64,000 bases of DNA from Pecten maximus (taxonomy: Eukaryota), in the NCBI RefSeq assembly GCF_902652985.1, contig NC_047025.1, positions 6,758,001-6,822,000 of the forward strand, given 5' to 3'. Below, piece after piece: positions 14,059 to 26,420 of this stretch. The position numbers and the translations under genes were made by a program. Within the stretch, counting starts at the first letter, position 1. Every line of letters begins with the position of its first letter. The notes beneath the pieces are model-generated. The model saw only the letters and a program-made list of their open reading frames with translations. It was not told the origin of the DNA and searched no databases.

Positions 14059-14404
14059 AAATGCTTCCGTCACATGATGTTCTTGAATTGTACATATGAC
14101 ATATATGTACTGTACCACACGCAGTCGTTGTCTAGCGTAACGTAAGCATACATGCATGACGAGTGGCTGATAATCCACACACATCTGTGAAACAGATTTG
14201 AACGTAAAATCTGGTAAATCTGTATGTGTTCCTCCTATCAATAAATGTTATCATTTAGGAAACTTTCACAGGTTGTATCCCCCTTTTTAAACAGGTAGTT
14301 GAACTTTGAACTATTCGCGTTACAAGTTTCTTATCATTGGTATACTATATTGTTAAGCCGCAATATATACAGTTGAATAATTAACATTGATGTATGGTGA
14401 TGAT
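14059..14404 (+). repeat. Local dispersed duplication, copy A (copy B at 18291-18640)
   Basis: Collinear about 345-bp match with a near-identical 117-bp core. Confidence 0.9.
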
Positions 14405-14669
14405 TTCAAAACATTAGCTTTTGTTGCATGTATTGTCCATAAATCTTTAATATCGAATTAAACTGACAGTTTCGTAGTTTCGGAAAAAGGAAGTGGCCTA
14501 GTTTTATATAAGGTCTATTTTGATATCAGATACTATAGAAACAAATGGCAAAATTTAACCTTGTCGACAACGATCTTGCACCACATGCTGATCATAATCT
14601 AGAATTTGCTAGTTTGTAACCCTCCGAGACTATGCGGGCTCTGCGGTAGTGTCCAAACAAGAATACTAT

Positions 14670-14810
14670 AAGTACATCGAAAAAACCTCTTCCCTAAAAC
14701 CATAAGCCTGATTTTGATGAAACGTAGTAGCAATGATCCCCAGTAGATGGTGATAATTACTCTGCAAGCTTGTCATGCCTAATCCTCAATTAACAAGAGG
14801 GTCACAAAGT
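14670..14810 (+). mobile_element. Degenerate Helentron/HINE-type internal repeat remnant
   Basis: cctcttccctaaaaccataagcctgattttgatgaaacgtagtagcaatgatcc resembles the repeat unit of bivalve Helentron-associated elements (recognised from memory). Confidence 0.35.
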
Positions 14811-15063
14811 GCAATCAAGTATAATACTTATTGGTTGGGTTTACATTGATTGACCATTAAGTAAAGAACCATTCGTTTCCTGTCACTCCTGTCCTGTTAA
14901 TTATGAAGAAAAAAACCACAGGTGAACAGGTAGTGTCTCTAAAGAATCTTCTAAACATTATTGATAACTATCATAACAGGCAAATGCTATTTGCTATTTG
15001 GTAGGATATAAAAGCAAGTTTCACATAAAATCATGGTATATGATAAACGGTATCATTTTAGAA

Positions 15064-15290
15064 TTTGGTTTGGTTTGTTTCTGTTTAACGTCCTATTAAC
15101 AGCCAGGGTCATTTAAGGACGTGCCAGGTTCTGGAGGTGGAGGAAAGCCGGAGTACCCGGAGAAAAAACACCGGCCTACGGTCAGTACCTTGCAACTGTC
15201 CCATGTAGGTTTCGAACTCGCAACCCAGAGGTTTGGAGGGCTAGTGATAGAAGTGTCGGTACACCTTAACCACTCGGCCACCGCGGCCCC
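15064..15290 (-). mobile_element. tRNA-derived V-type SINE, full length
   Basis: A box GGTGGCCGAGTGG, B box GAGTTCGAAACC, V-domain TTTTCTCCGGGTACTCCGGCTTTCCTCC, (AAACC)n tail. Confidence 0.9.
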
Positions 15291-15433
15291 TCATGCTAGA
15301 AACAAACAAAATAAAGATCATACAAACATTGTCCATTGGTTTTAAATGGTGCTAACAATGTTGAAGATTAACTACTAACTTACCTTATAAGTAAAAGTAT
15401 TTATTAATAGTTTTTGTTCATGTGTTATTTATA

Positions 15434-15654
15434 GGGGCCGCGGTGGCCGAGTGGTTAAGGTGTACCGACATTTTAACACTAGCCCTCCACCACTGGGTTG
15501 CGAGTTCGAAACCTACGTGGGGCAGTTGCCAGGTACTGACCGTAGGCCGGTGGTTTTTCTCCGGGTACTCCGGCTTTCCTCCACATCCAAAACCTGGCAC
15601 GTCCTTAAATGACCCTGGCTGTTAACAGGACGTTAAACAAAAACAAACCAAACA
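15434..15654 (+). mobile_element. tRNA-derived V-type SINE, full length, 16-bp TSD
   Basis: Same boxes as above. TSD tcatgtgttatttata at 15418-15433 and 15655-15670. Confidence 0.95.
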
Positions 15655-16595
15655 TCATGTGTTATTTATATATCCAAAGGTTGCTGCTGATGATATGCTT
15701 ATTGTTTAGGCTTGTACAAATCCCTTTGTGATTTTCTGTTACTTCTTCGATAATAAATTTACCCGTGATTGATGTACGTTGAAATGTCTGATATTCCACC
15801 CTTCCGATTCTGATTAGACGACATCAACAGGAGTTAGCCTAGATTTACATTGCAAGTTAGACTGAAGACGCCGATCCTTGCGGAACACGTCTGTTTTAAA
15901 ATATATCAATGGTCTTCGTGAAAATACATTTTTACTCATATTTTTGTCCTTTTAAAGATGTTGTAGTAAGAAATTCTTTACATTTCGGATCAGTATTTTA
16001 TTCTTGTTCCCGTTAAAGTTCAATGAAGATAGACTTGGTAAATATCGTTTGAAAACTATTACCACTAAAAAGAAACATTTCTCCTATAGAGAATCTGACT
16101 TGTTTGTCTTTCGTGGATTTATTTTTTGCAAAATCATTATTCATTGTATTTACATGAATGAAATTGGCACAATTTTAGATTTACCATTAACAATTTATCA
16201 CAGATATTGCATCTGAGGTAAGCCAAAAAGCAGTATACTCGAATGGGCTAACTGTTTCGGGGCTCTAAATGTATCTTGGGAGAAAGCACAAAGAGATGAT
16301 ACATATCTTCACAAATGCAATCGAACTTTCCCTTCTAAATTGATAAGACGATGGCAAAATGTAAATGAAATATAGATAAACCGGCAAACCTTTACAGAGT
16401 ACAAGAATGAGACCATGTGTTCCTAAGCAGTAAGCATCTGCTTCATCAACACCACACAAAAGGTCAAATCCGGATAATATCACAATCTCAAAAACAGAAA
16501 CGGAATGATGACAGCAAAACTATCGTTCATATCAACAAGTCTTCTGACTGCCTTCATATCGCTTAAGAAAATATGATACCTATCGGCCATAACAC

Positions 16596-16915
16596 CATCA
16601 TCGGAGACCTACGGTTGCTTGCACTACGATACGCAACACTTATCACCAGCGTGTTCACTCGGCCAGAACACCTCGCTTTGATAGATACCATTTGATTAGC
16701 CCCGACACATTTTCCAGTCGATATTTTAGCCAATTAGATTTCGGGTTAAATATGCTTTATAGAAGCTGCATGTAAAAAGCAATGGCTGCAAATATTGACG
16801 TAAATGCATGTTGATTGGTTACTGTTTATAGAGTGACGTCATTGAAACGAGGTATTCTGGCTGAGTGATGCGTTTAGCGTAGTGTAGTACGGTCAACCGT
16901 GGGTCTCTGACAATG
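16596..16915. mobile_element. MITE with about 90-bp imperfect TIRs and 9-bp TSD (Mutator-type by TSD length)
   Basis: catcatcggagacctacggttg...caaccgtgggtctctgacaatg. TSD ccataacac at 16587-16595 and 16916-16924. Confidence 0.8.
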
Positions 16916-17055
16916 CCATAACACAGACACACGGTCTTCTTTAAGCCGAACTGATCTCGGCGTTTAAACACACCTGCAATATCATATGTACCATATATTT
17001 CAAGTAGCCACGCGTTCCGACATACCTGGTTGTTTAAGATAGCATACTCAATGAC

Positions 17056-17570
17056 ACAGGTAATAATGATACTACAGGTATGATAAAACTACAGGTAATA
17101 AGGATACTTGAAGTAATGATACTACAGGTAATAATGGTACTACAGGTAATAATGATACTACAGTTAATAATAATACTACAGGTAATGGTACTACAGGTAA
17201 TAATGATACATCAGGTAATAATGATACATCAGGTAATAATGATACATCAGATAATAATGGTACTACAGGTATTGGTACTAAAGGTAATGATACTGCAGGT
17301 AACAATGATACCACAGGTAATACTTATACTACAGGTAATAATGGTACTACAGGTAATAATGATGCATCAGGTAATAATGACACTACAGGTAATGGTACTA
17401 CAGGTAATGATAATATTAAATGTATTAAAATAATAATAAAGGTAATGCTACTATAGGTAATAATGATCCTTCAGGTTATACTAATACAGGTAATATAAAT
17501 GATACATGTACTACTAATTCTACAGGTTATAATAATCATATAGGTAATAATAGCATAGGTAATAATTGAT
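17056..17570. repeat. 15/18-bp minisatellite (acaggtaataatgatact)
   Basis: Visible tandem units. Explains ORFs 17072-17314 and 17080-17433. Confidence 0.9.
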
Positions 17571-18290
17571 CTAAAGGTTATAATAAGTTTAAAACTAATA
17601 TTAATGAAATCAGATAAAACGCCATCTTTTGGCTGCATTTTATTTGATAAAGCAGACCTGGGCCTTGACAGGGGTTGATACGGATAAAAAAAAAAAATCC
17701 GCGAACTTTTTCCAAAAATATTAAACTGTCCATATAGCTGGATTTTATTGAGTTATACAAAAATAACTGTCGTAATATTACTTATTCTGTTGATCAAAAC
17801 ATATCACAAAAAGGGTGTATACATTAATGTACAACTAATTTTGAAATGGTAGATTATGGTTACATTACGCAATCACAACTTCATCTATATACTTATGAAA
17901 TACTGCCGAAAATATGACACATGACTTACCATTTCTCCCTCTGAATTTTGATCTTGATATTTCATCAACGGAAAACATTCCTTTTTCCCAGGTATATTTC
18001 CGACGTATACATCCAAATTGATAACTCTCTAATGTCCTAGTAGAACACTTTCACCTGAAACAGATATAAGGGAATCAGCTCTTAATTCTACTTCCGGTTC
18101 AATTAGAGGCAAATGTTGGTCGACTTCTTGGTCGATGGATTGAATGGCTATAATAGATTTCGGTATAAAGCGATCGATGTTTAGATTTGTTTGTTCGGTT
18201 ATATACACTTCCGTTATGGCTGACGAACAACAACGGCGATAAACGTTTATGGAATTTTCCCTCTAGAGTATATTATTGCTGTCCTTGTAT

Positions 18291-18640
18291 AAATACTTCC
18301 ATCATATGATGTGTCTGTGCTGTTCATATGATATATATGTACTGTACCACACGCAGCCGTTGTCGGGAGAAACGTTAGCATACATGACGAGTAGCTGATT
18401 ATCCTCAAACATCTGTGAAATGATTTTGAACGCAAAATCTGGTAAATCTGTATGTGTTCCTCCTATCAATAAATGTTATCATTAAAGAAACTTTCACAGG
18501 TTGTATCCCCCTTTTTAAACAGGTAGTTGAACTTTGAACTATTCGCGTTATTTCAGTTTCTTATCATTGGGGTACTATATTGTTAAGCCGCAATATACAT
18601 GTATACACTTGAATAATTAACATTGATATATGATGATGAT
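18291..18640 (+). repeat. Local dispersed duplication, copy B (copy A at 14059-14404)
   Basis: Collinear match to copy A. Confidence 0.9.
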
Positions 18641-20850
18641 GATGATACCTATACTTCGGCCGCACGTGTAAAGCTTGCATAGACGGAAGTTTCAGGATGA
18701 ATATTACAATCAACCAAATGCGGTCATTGATTTGAAAAAAAAGAATATGATGTAAAAGTACTCCCAAAGGTTGCCAGATAAAAAAGTGTGAAAATCCATT
18801 TCGAAATAAACGGCAATATACTATTTCAATCATTTAATTTAAATACTTGCTTGTTTTCTATTTGAGCTACGTTATAGTGGCTAACGAGTATCAGAAGCTA
18901 TTTCTATTGGATAATCGAAACAAAATCCTATTGTTTGAACACCGGTATCATAAATCCATGACTTCAATCGCGCAAGTATTATTAATGATGTTACGTCAAG
19001 CAAAATGAGATTCAATTCAATTGAATTCAATTTTATTTCACTTTGTGTGCAACAAGAGCTCAATATGAAAGCTATTCGTTATTCGAAACAGCAAATAGTT
19101 GTCTAGCTTTTTATTCTTCAACGTGAATTGAAAGATGCTAACGTTTGGTGGTGGGTTTGTACAATCCATCGGTTAGGTAAGGAATGATGTAGCAGACATT
19201 ATTGAAGCTGTTTGTGATGTTTGTCGATTAGCACTAATTTCTCACATTTAAACACGTACAATGTGCGTGCCATTTGTCATAGTAAAGGTAACATAAGATA
19301 CATGTAGTGTTAATTCCTCTTCTGATTATCATTCCGTCACATACAATGCTAATATAATACGTGTTTGCAACACATATGTATCCTCTCGCTTACACATATG
19401 TGACCTTGATTAACATTAAATTTCTAGATATATGAGACATTTGGCTCTGTGTAGTGACAGGTTCAAGATATGTTGATAGCCCAGGTCATTTGTGTCATTG
19501 TGTTCTTGTAGCAAAAGGCAACTACGCCAAACACATAAAGATCGAGCAGAAATCGATAACGGCAAATACGGATGATAGATCTGTAAATTCATTGAACAAG
19601 AATTGTAAAACAAAGTATATCAACTTATATTAATCACGCTTGTTGTTCAGGATAGAAGCTCGCAAGAGGTCTTATTGTGGGAGGAAACCAGAGTATATGT
19701 CGTGTCTAGTTTATTGTTCTATCCCGATCATGAAATCAAACCCCTTTCTCTTAGGTTAAAGGTGATTTCGTTAACGCTGCGCACCTGACCAACTGGTGTT
19801 TAAGCCTCTGATCTGTCGCCTTTGTTAAGTTTTCTGTAGTGTCGAAATGAAGGGAAAAAAACTTATAGGTGCCACATGTTGTGCTGGAAAGAATAATTAT
19901 GGTTGCACTACATGACATTTCATACACCAAATGACGTATGCTAAATATTTTGATAAGGGCCATACTCATTTCTAACTTAAACCATGTGCACATATCGAGT
20001 TTTTTATAAAAAACTTTGGTAATTATCATTCAGAAATTCTAGATTTTATATAAAACAGTGATTGTGTTTGATAAAAATCCTTGGGTTATAAAGAAAATGT
20101 TTGATATATACATAACAAAACAAACAAAAAACTGAAACAGTGCTATCCTACAAAATGTAGAATGACTCATACGAATCAAAAATGAAGGTATTGTGGATTT
20201 TGAGATGCGTATTTGTAATTTGATATGATAACGGCAACTCTCTGACGTCAGAAGTGGTAAGTTAAACTCTCGCATACAAACAAAACACCAGCCAAACGTT
20301 ACAGGATTCGTAGAGAAAGGAGCCTATCGACTCTCAATCATACGTCAATGTTTAGAATAACAGAACATTTCTCACGAATTGTAATTCAATCAGGGTTCTC
20401 CAGTAAAATTATCTGATTTTTAGAAACAAATAAAATTGTTGATATAATCCCCCCCCCCCCCCCCCCTTTTTTTTTATTTGAATGCATTACATTTAGATCA
20501 ATAATCTTTTGTTAACACAGAAAAGTATTCTGTAATGAAATCCGATCTGAACTTCCCTGTATTCGTTACAAAAACAGAGGGCACTTATTGGTTTCAACAG
20601 CTGGTTATTATGACTAATAACTAATAATAATATTTTGTTATGTTCATTACAGGATATTGTTACATTTAAATATATATAAATCATCTTATCGCCATCTATA
20701 TTGCAAAAGTACAGACATTTTTTTGCATCATATAATACAAAGACAAACCTCCTCATATTAGTAAACTGATTTAAAAGTAACGGGTCGATGTGGCCTGTAC
20801 TTACTTTAAAATACGGTACCCTGTCCTTCAGCTGACAGAGCATATTTCTT

Positions 20851-21048
20851 TGGCCCAGGAGGTAGAGCAGGATATTATAACGCTTGAGACCCTGGTTTGA
20901 TTCCTGTCGGGCACGCGACAGGATTGTGTTTTCCTTGTTCTCTCATTATGGCGCCAAAATAATATTCCACGGTGGGGTATTGCAAGTTTTAGGTCGATAT
21001 TTGGGTAAATCTCATGAAAAGTAGGGGGAGTAGTGTAATAGGAATGAG
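20851..21048 (+). mobile_element. Degenerate tRNA-containing miniature LTR element (TRIM/Helenus-like)
   Basis: tRNA-like A/B boxes (tggcccaggaggtagagc, ggtttgattcc), PBS TGGCGCC at 20949, about 90-bp internal region, PPT gaaaagtagggggagtag at 21016-21033, then TGTAATAGG. Confidence 0.55.
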
Positions 21049-23639
21049 TTGGTGTAGCTTAAACATAACGTTAAATACGATGGCTGTCATACAGTTTATT
21101 GAACACTATTTGGCACAGGAGCTAGAACCGGAGATTATCACAGTTCATGTCGAGAATCGGCAGAAATGTGTTTTCCCTGTTCTTTCCTATTTGTATGAAT
21201 GACTTTATTGCCATCGATGTAGCAGCAAAATGGATATTTTTCCAGAGCATAGAAATAAATCTAAGGAAGTTTTCTCTTCACTTACCTGGTTATAACATAC
21301 AGAGGGAAATTGTACATGAGGATAATATTTATTTTTGTAAGATAATGGGCAAAATGTCATTTACGAGCGCAATCGCATGACAAGGTATATAATTTATAAT
21401 TTGTACGGTAACAGCTGTCATGTGACAGCCCGTATCACGTGACTTAAACACCATATGTGGCAGCCTGAGGCTAATTATATCAATTTGTTGTAGTCAGTTT
21501 ACAGGTAATTAGATATATATAAAATAATCTAAGATTACTAATTGAGAATGACCATCCTGAACAATAAGATAATGAAAACAAATACAATTGTTTACATAAA
21601 GTGTTGAACATTTAGTTGTTTTTTGTTTTTTTTTTAAAACATTGTTGTTGTTAGATTACCAGCATAGGCAAAACTTTTCTTTTTCTTTTTTGTTGTTGTT
21701 GTTTTTTTTTTTGTTTATAAACAGAATTTATAAGGATACTTTGGCTCTAAAGAATTAACATATTAGATACTAGCACGTTAGCCTGGTATTGACCAAAGCT
21801 TTATAGTAGATAGTCGCTTTCCGGATAAAAAAATAAAACACATTTCATTTACACGTGGTCGCAATCATATTAAAAACTGTCTCAGGAAAAAGCGTTTAAC
21901 ATGTTTTTGAGAAATTTTGTTTATTACCTATGATAGACAAATGGCATAGAGATTTATTTTAAAGAAATTACATCGTTTTTAAGTTGACTATGCTTTCTAA
22001 AATGAAAAAAAAATAAAAGCGTGCAATTTTGTGGTTTCTATAAAACGTTTCGATTGTCAAAAAAGGTCAAAACCTGTGTGTGTAAGAATTTGAGTGAGTC
22101 AGCATAAAGGATGGCATAAAAGACATATTTGATTATTGTAATATATATATTGTACACGCGGGATAACGACCAAAGCCTTACTCATAACAGCTGTTCCACA
22201 ATATATTATAGGTAATTCAACATATTTCCATTTTGTACAAATTTATTCTCAGTTTCAACATGAAATGACATCATGTAAAAATAAAATCTGAGATGACAAC
22301 TTTCTAAAAGGAAAACTTTTTTATAATCACAAACGAAAAGAGAATACCGAAATGTAAACGAAATCGTTTATCTGACTCAAATATTGATATAATGAGGACT
22401 ATTTACAATATCGAACTACACGAAGCCAAATGTGATCATTCGTCCAGGTGTAAATGACGATAAGCCTCACTAGAGACACACTCTTTCTTTTATGTCAGAA
22501 ATACTGTCGCCCTTGGTAAAAGGAGAATGCTTAATACGGTAAACCAGATCATCCAAATTTCATAGTAACAATATATTTCGCAAACATTGATATTAAGCCT
22601 TAAACATACCCATATAAGTTTCTGGTATATTTTTCATCTAATGCTTGTTTTATGTGAATTGTTCAGAGATTTGTTTTCAGCTAGGCTTAAAAAAGATATG
22701 TATGTAACTATATGCCTACACATCCTTTGGAATATGTGCAATCAACAAACCCCAACAATATTTTGCATATTTCGTACAAACGTGTTTAGAAAAACATTTT
22801 TCTGAAAAAAAAAGAAGAAAAAAATAGAAAAAGCAAATCTTTGCTTTAATCCACAGACTATAATAACGCTACATCTAAATGATCTCTGCTTTCGTAACAT
22901 TCGTTCATTTTAAATCCTCGAAAATAACGCTAACGAACGTTTGTAGCGCCTTATTTGGGGTAATTTGGACAGGACGTATGTGATACTAAATGAGTGAAAA
23001 TTGCCCATGCATTAATTCCATATTCATTTTCCTTGTGTGTCCTTATATAAACTGAACATCAAATTAAACTGTGTGCTTAATTTTGCTCCTTTAACTAGTT
23101 TCACATCAATACGTTTTATTTTGCAGTAACTGCAATAGCTATATCAAAATATAAGTAAAAATAAACTTCTAGCTTACATATTTATTATATATATATGGTC
23201 GAATTATTGTCGTAGACAAGTAGCAGAGTTGAACATGAATAAGGGCGTTTTCTAAAATGTCAATCCTCAGCGCTCAAATAGTCATGCAGACTGAAGTTAA
23301 CTATCTAGAGACTGTTTAATACAATAACACAAAGATAATTAATTTCATTTTATCAAAATACCACTTTGCCATTTGTATGTAATGAATAGTACTTCCCTAA
23401 TGAAATATGAACATTACTAACAAGCAAAGCTTTTGATTTGTCAATAAATTCAAAAATGAAACGTTACCATAAGGACCAATATGGCCGAGTTGCAGACATC
23501 AGCCGATATAATTGAGCAGGATGTTGCTAGCCATGGGTTCCCAGTAGATTGGATACATCGGTTTGCGAAGCTAAGTTGCACAGTGCGCAGTTCATTTCAC
23601 TAAGGTATGTTGTATTGACTAGACAGTTATTTAGATAGA

Positions 23640-23772
23640 CCAAAACTGAAGTAAGATGGAATTGGTTTAAAAGGACTGTTATTGAATGTAATCATCCAAA
23701 ATCATCCAAAACTGAAGTGAGATGGAATTGGTTTAAAAGGCCAGTTATTGAATGTAATAATCCAAAATCATC
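23640..23772. repeat. Tandem duplication of a ~66-bp unit (2 copies)
   Basis: ccaaaactgaagt(a/g)agatggaattggtttaaaagg...atccaaaatcatc occurs twice. Confidence 0.9.
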
Positions 23773-24297
23773 ACTCGTGCAAAAATATTGCTAGATATTC
23801 ATACTCATAAAACAAATGTTATTTCAAATGGGGGAACCATTAAATGTCTTCTTTTTTCCGTTGTAGAATGTAAGCAGGAAGATAGTTGTGTTAGTGTATA
23901 ATTGACAGAATATTAGATGTTAATTACATGAGTCGACATGCATTGTACAAAAACGCATCTAAATGCGTTTTGGCATGGCTAGGTACTTGCATACCTAATA
24001 TTGATCACATTTGTATGGACGGTGGTGTATATTCGACAAATGCACCTAAGATATTTACTTTTGAGAATGAACTCGTGAAATACCACATACCGTGACGTCA
24101 TTAAAAGATAAAAATTGTACAGTATTGGAAAATGGTATCGAAGAAGCGACGCCTGTCAGTCACTTTGTCAGAGGTATATGATAACAAAGTACATTGTACC
24201 AACAAGTACGCAATGTCTGAGATAAAACAGGAATAAAACATGGTGTAAAAGTCCGTTTTTAGGTGGGTCGCGAACGCAAACACTTAAAGATTGTTTA

Positions 24298-24623
24298 GAG
24301 GAACAAGGACGTATCTCCAACATGGAGTGCTTAGAAGTAAATGGCCGTATCTCAAATTTATCCATTTTTAGATTTTGATAAATTACAATTATAGGTGAGA
24401 TTTTCTTATAGAATTTGTACTTTATATCAATTGAAATCGTCTAATTCTATAAAAAATACTGTGCGATTTAAAAGAATTAGACAATTTCCATTGATATAAA
24501 GTACATATTCTATAAGAAAAGCTCAGTCGGAATTGTAATTTATCAAAATCTAAAAATTGAAAAATTTGAGATACGGCCCTTTACTTCTAAGCACTCCATG
24601 TTGGAGATACGTCCTTGTTCCTC
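24298..24623. mobile_element. Foldback MITE with ~150-bp arms (GAG...CTC ends, Sola-like by inference)
   Basis: gaggaacaaggacgtatctccaacatggagtgcttagaagtaaa is mirrored exactly at the right end, and the arms continue imperfectly to the centre. No TSD visible. Confidence 0.8.
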
Positions 24624-24624
24624 C

Positions 24625-24684
24625 ACGTTGTTTTAGTAGGAAATATTGATCATGCATGATCAATATTTCCTACTGAAACAACGT
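24625..24684. repeat. 60-bp near-perfect palindrome with no spacer
   Basis: acgttgttttagtaggaaatattgatcatg|catgatcaatatttcctactgaaacaacgt, one mismatched pair. Confidence 0.95.
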
Positions 24685-25773
24685 AGTTATGCAACAACGG
24701 GTATGTACGTAAATCATTATGATAGCCGATAACATATTGCTAGGTATAACATCGACAAATTCGAAGTTTGATTTAAAATATTAAAATAAGACCGAAGATC
24801 CAAGAAAACGTTTACATCATCTTACGAAATTGAGCAAAATAGAATTTTTTTTTTTTTTTTCAATAAAATTCTATGTAAATAGCACTGGCCAAATGCCAAG
24901 ATTTCTGACCTATATTTAAAATAATAAACTTACCAATGTAGTTCTGGGACAGGGTCCGATAGCAGAGAATAATAAACAAGTATTTAAAACAGGATAGATA
25001 AGACACGAGTAGAAATGTAAAAGCACTTTCAAAACCAATTTAAAGGGCTTTCGGTTTATAAAAAAAACATTGTGCATGCTGTAACTAGTCTTTCTCTCTT
25101 GGATTCTCTATGTTAGGCTTTCTTTCTTTTACACGGAAATCACAATTTCATTGAAAGTTTCGTAACTGAACAGTTCGGGTCAGTACGTGTTATGTGAATA
25201 CATTTTTCACAACCAATACAGGTTTGAATAGGCGTGATATTTCAGTAACTACTATCTAACACCTTCATATACATTGATTGGTTAATTGTACGAGATTGCA
25301 ATCAAATTATCCGGTCGCTTCGTCTTCACTTTAAGTCAAGTGTATTGAGGGGGAAAACAGTGCACAATGCGATACTAGTCAATTCGCCCAATCGATTTGA
25401 TGCATGCGTGCATGTGTGCGTTCTGAGGGTGGGAGTGATATTTGTATTTTTTCACCAGATGTCATTATTACAACGTGTCCATTCACTCATATATACAATT
25501 GCACAGTCGCATGACGATTTATCGTGTAATGTAACGCATTCAACTAGAAAAAGCAAATTTGAAATGATTCGCCAAAAATTCTCATAAGAAAATTGAATTA
25601 AATTTACTTTTGTTAATTGATTACCTAAATCAGCATGTATCATCTTCAAAATTAATTTGCCCATTTATTACTCGGCTATAGAAAACGCTCTTAATGTACA
25701 AAGGTGATAATACATAATACATAATACGTGTATCACCTTTCAGTACAAATTGAGAATTACCTCCTGTTGATGT

Positions 25774-26420
25774 ATCATTCACTGTTTCGTCCATCTAGGA
25801 CTGATAAATGATGCAAATAACATCATACACTGTTTCGTCCATGAAAATGACATCATTCACTGTTTCGTCCATCTATGACTAATAAATGATGCAAATGACA
25901 GCATACATTATTTCGTTCATCTAGGACTGGTCAGTGATAGAACGGACATCATACACTGTTTCGTCCATCTAGGACTGGTCAGTGATAGAACGGACATCAT
26001 ACACTGTTTTGTCTATCTAGGACTGATCAGTGATCCAACGGACATCATACACTGTTTCGTCCATCTAGGACTGGTTAGTGATATAACGGACATCATACAC
26101 TGTTCCGTCCAGCTAGGACTGGTCAGTGATAGAACGGACATCATACACTGTTTCGTCCATCTAGGACTGGTTAGTGATATAACGGACATCGTACACTGTT
26201 GCGTCCATCTAGGACTGGTCAGTGATAGAACGGACATCATACACTGTTTCGTCCACCTAGGACTGGTCAGTGATAGAACGGACATCATACAATGTTTCTT
26301 CCATCTAGGACTGGTCAGTGATAGAACGGACATCATACACTGTTGCGTCCATCTAGGACTGGTTAGTGATATAACGGACATCATACAATGTTTCTTCCAT
26401 CTAGGACTAGCAAATGATGC
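25774..26420. repeat. 48-bp minisatellite, about 13 copies
   Basis: Unit catcatacactgtttcgtccatctaggactggtcagtgatagaacgga. Explains the 16-aa periodic ORF 26013-26384. Confidence 0.95.

Noticed and set aside
15096-15625. Recurrent 60-74 aa ORFs (also at 49.2, 58.5 and 60 kb)
   Set aside because: Translations of SINE copies, not a protein family.
15859-15892. Hammerhead-ribozyme-like CTGAAGA-stem-GAAC
   Set aside because: Lacks GAAA and stems I/III. More likely a decayed retroelement 3' motif.
23480-23604. ATG-initiated GC-richer segment ending at AAG|GTATGT
   Set aside because: Stop codon immediately before the donor and no supporting partner exon.
26013-26384. 123-aa repetitive ORF
   Set aside because: Read-through of a 48-bp minisatellite.
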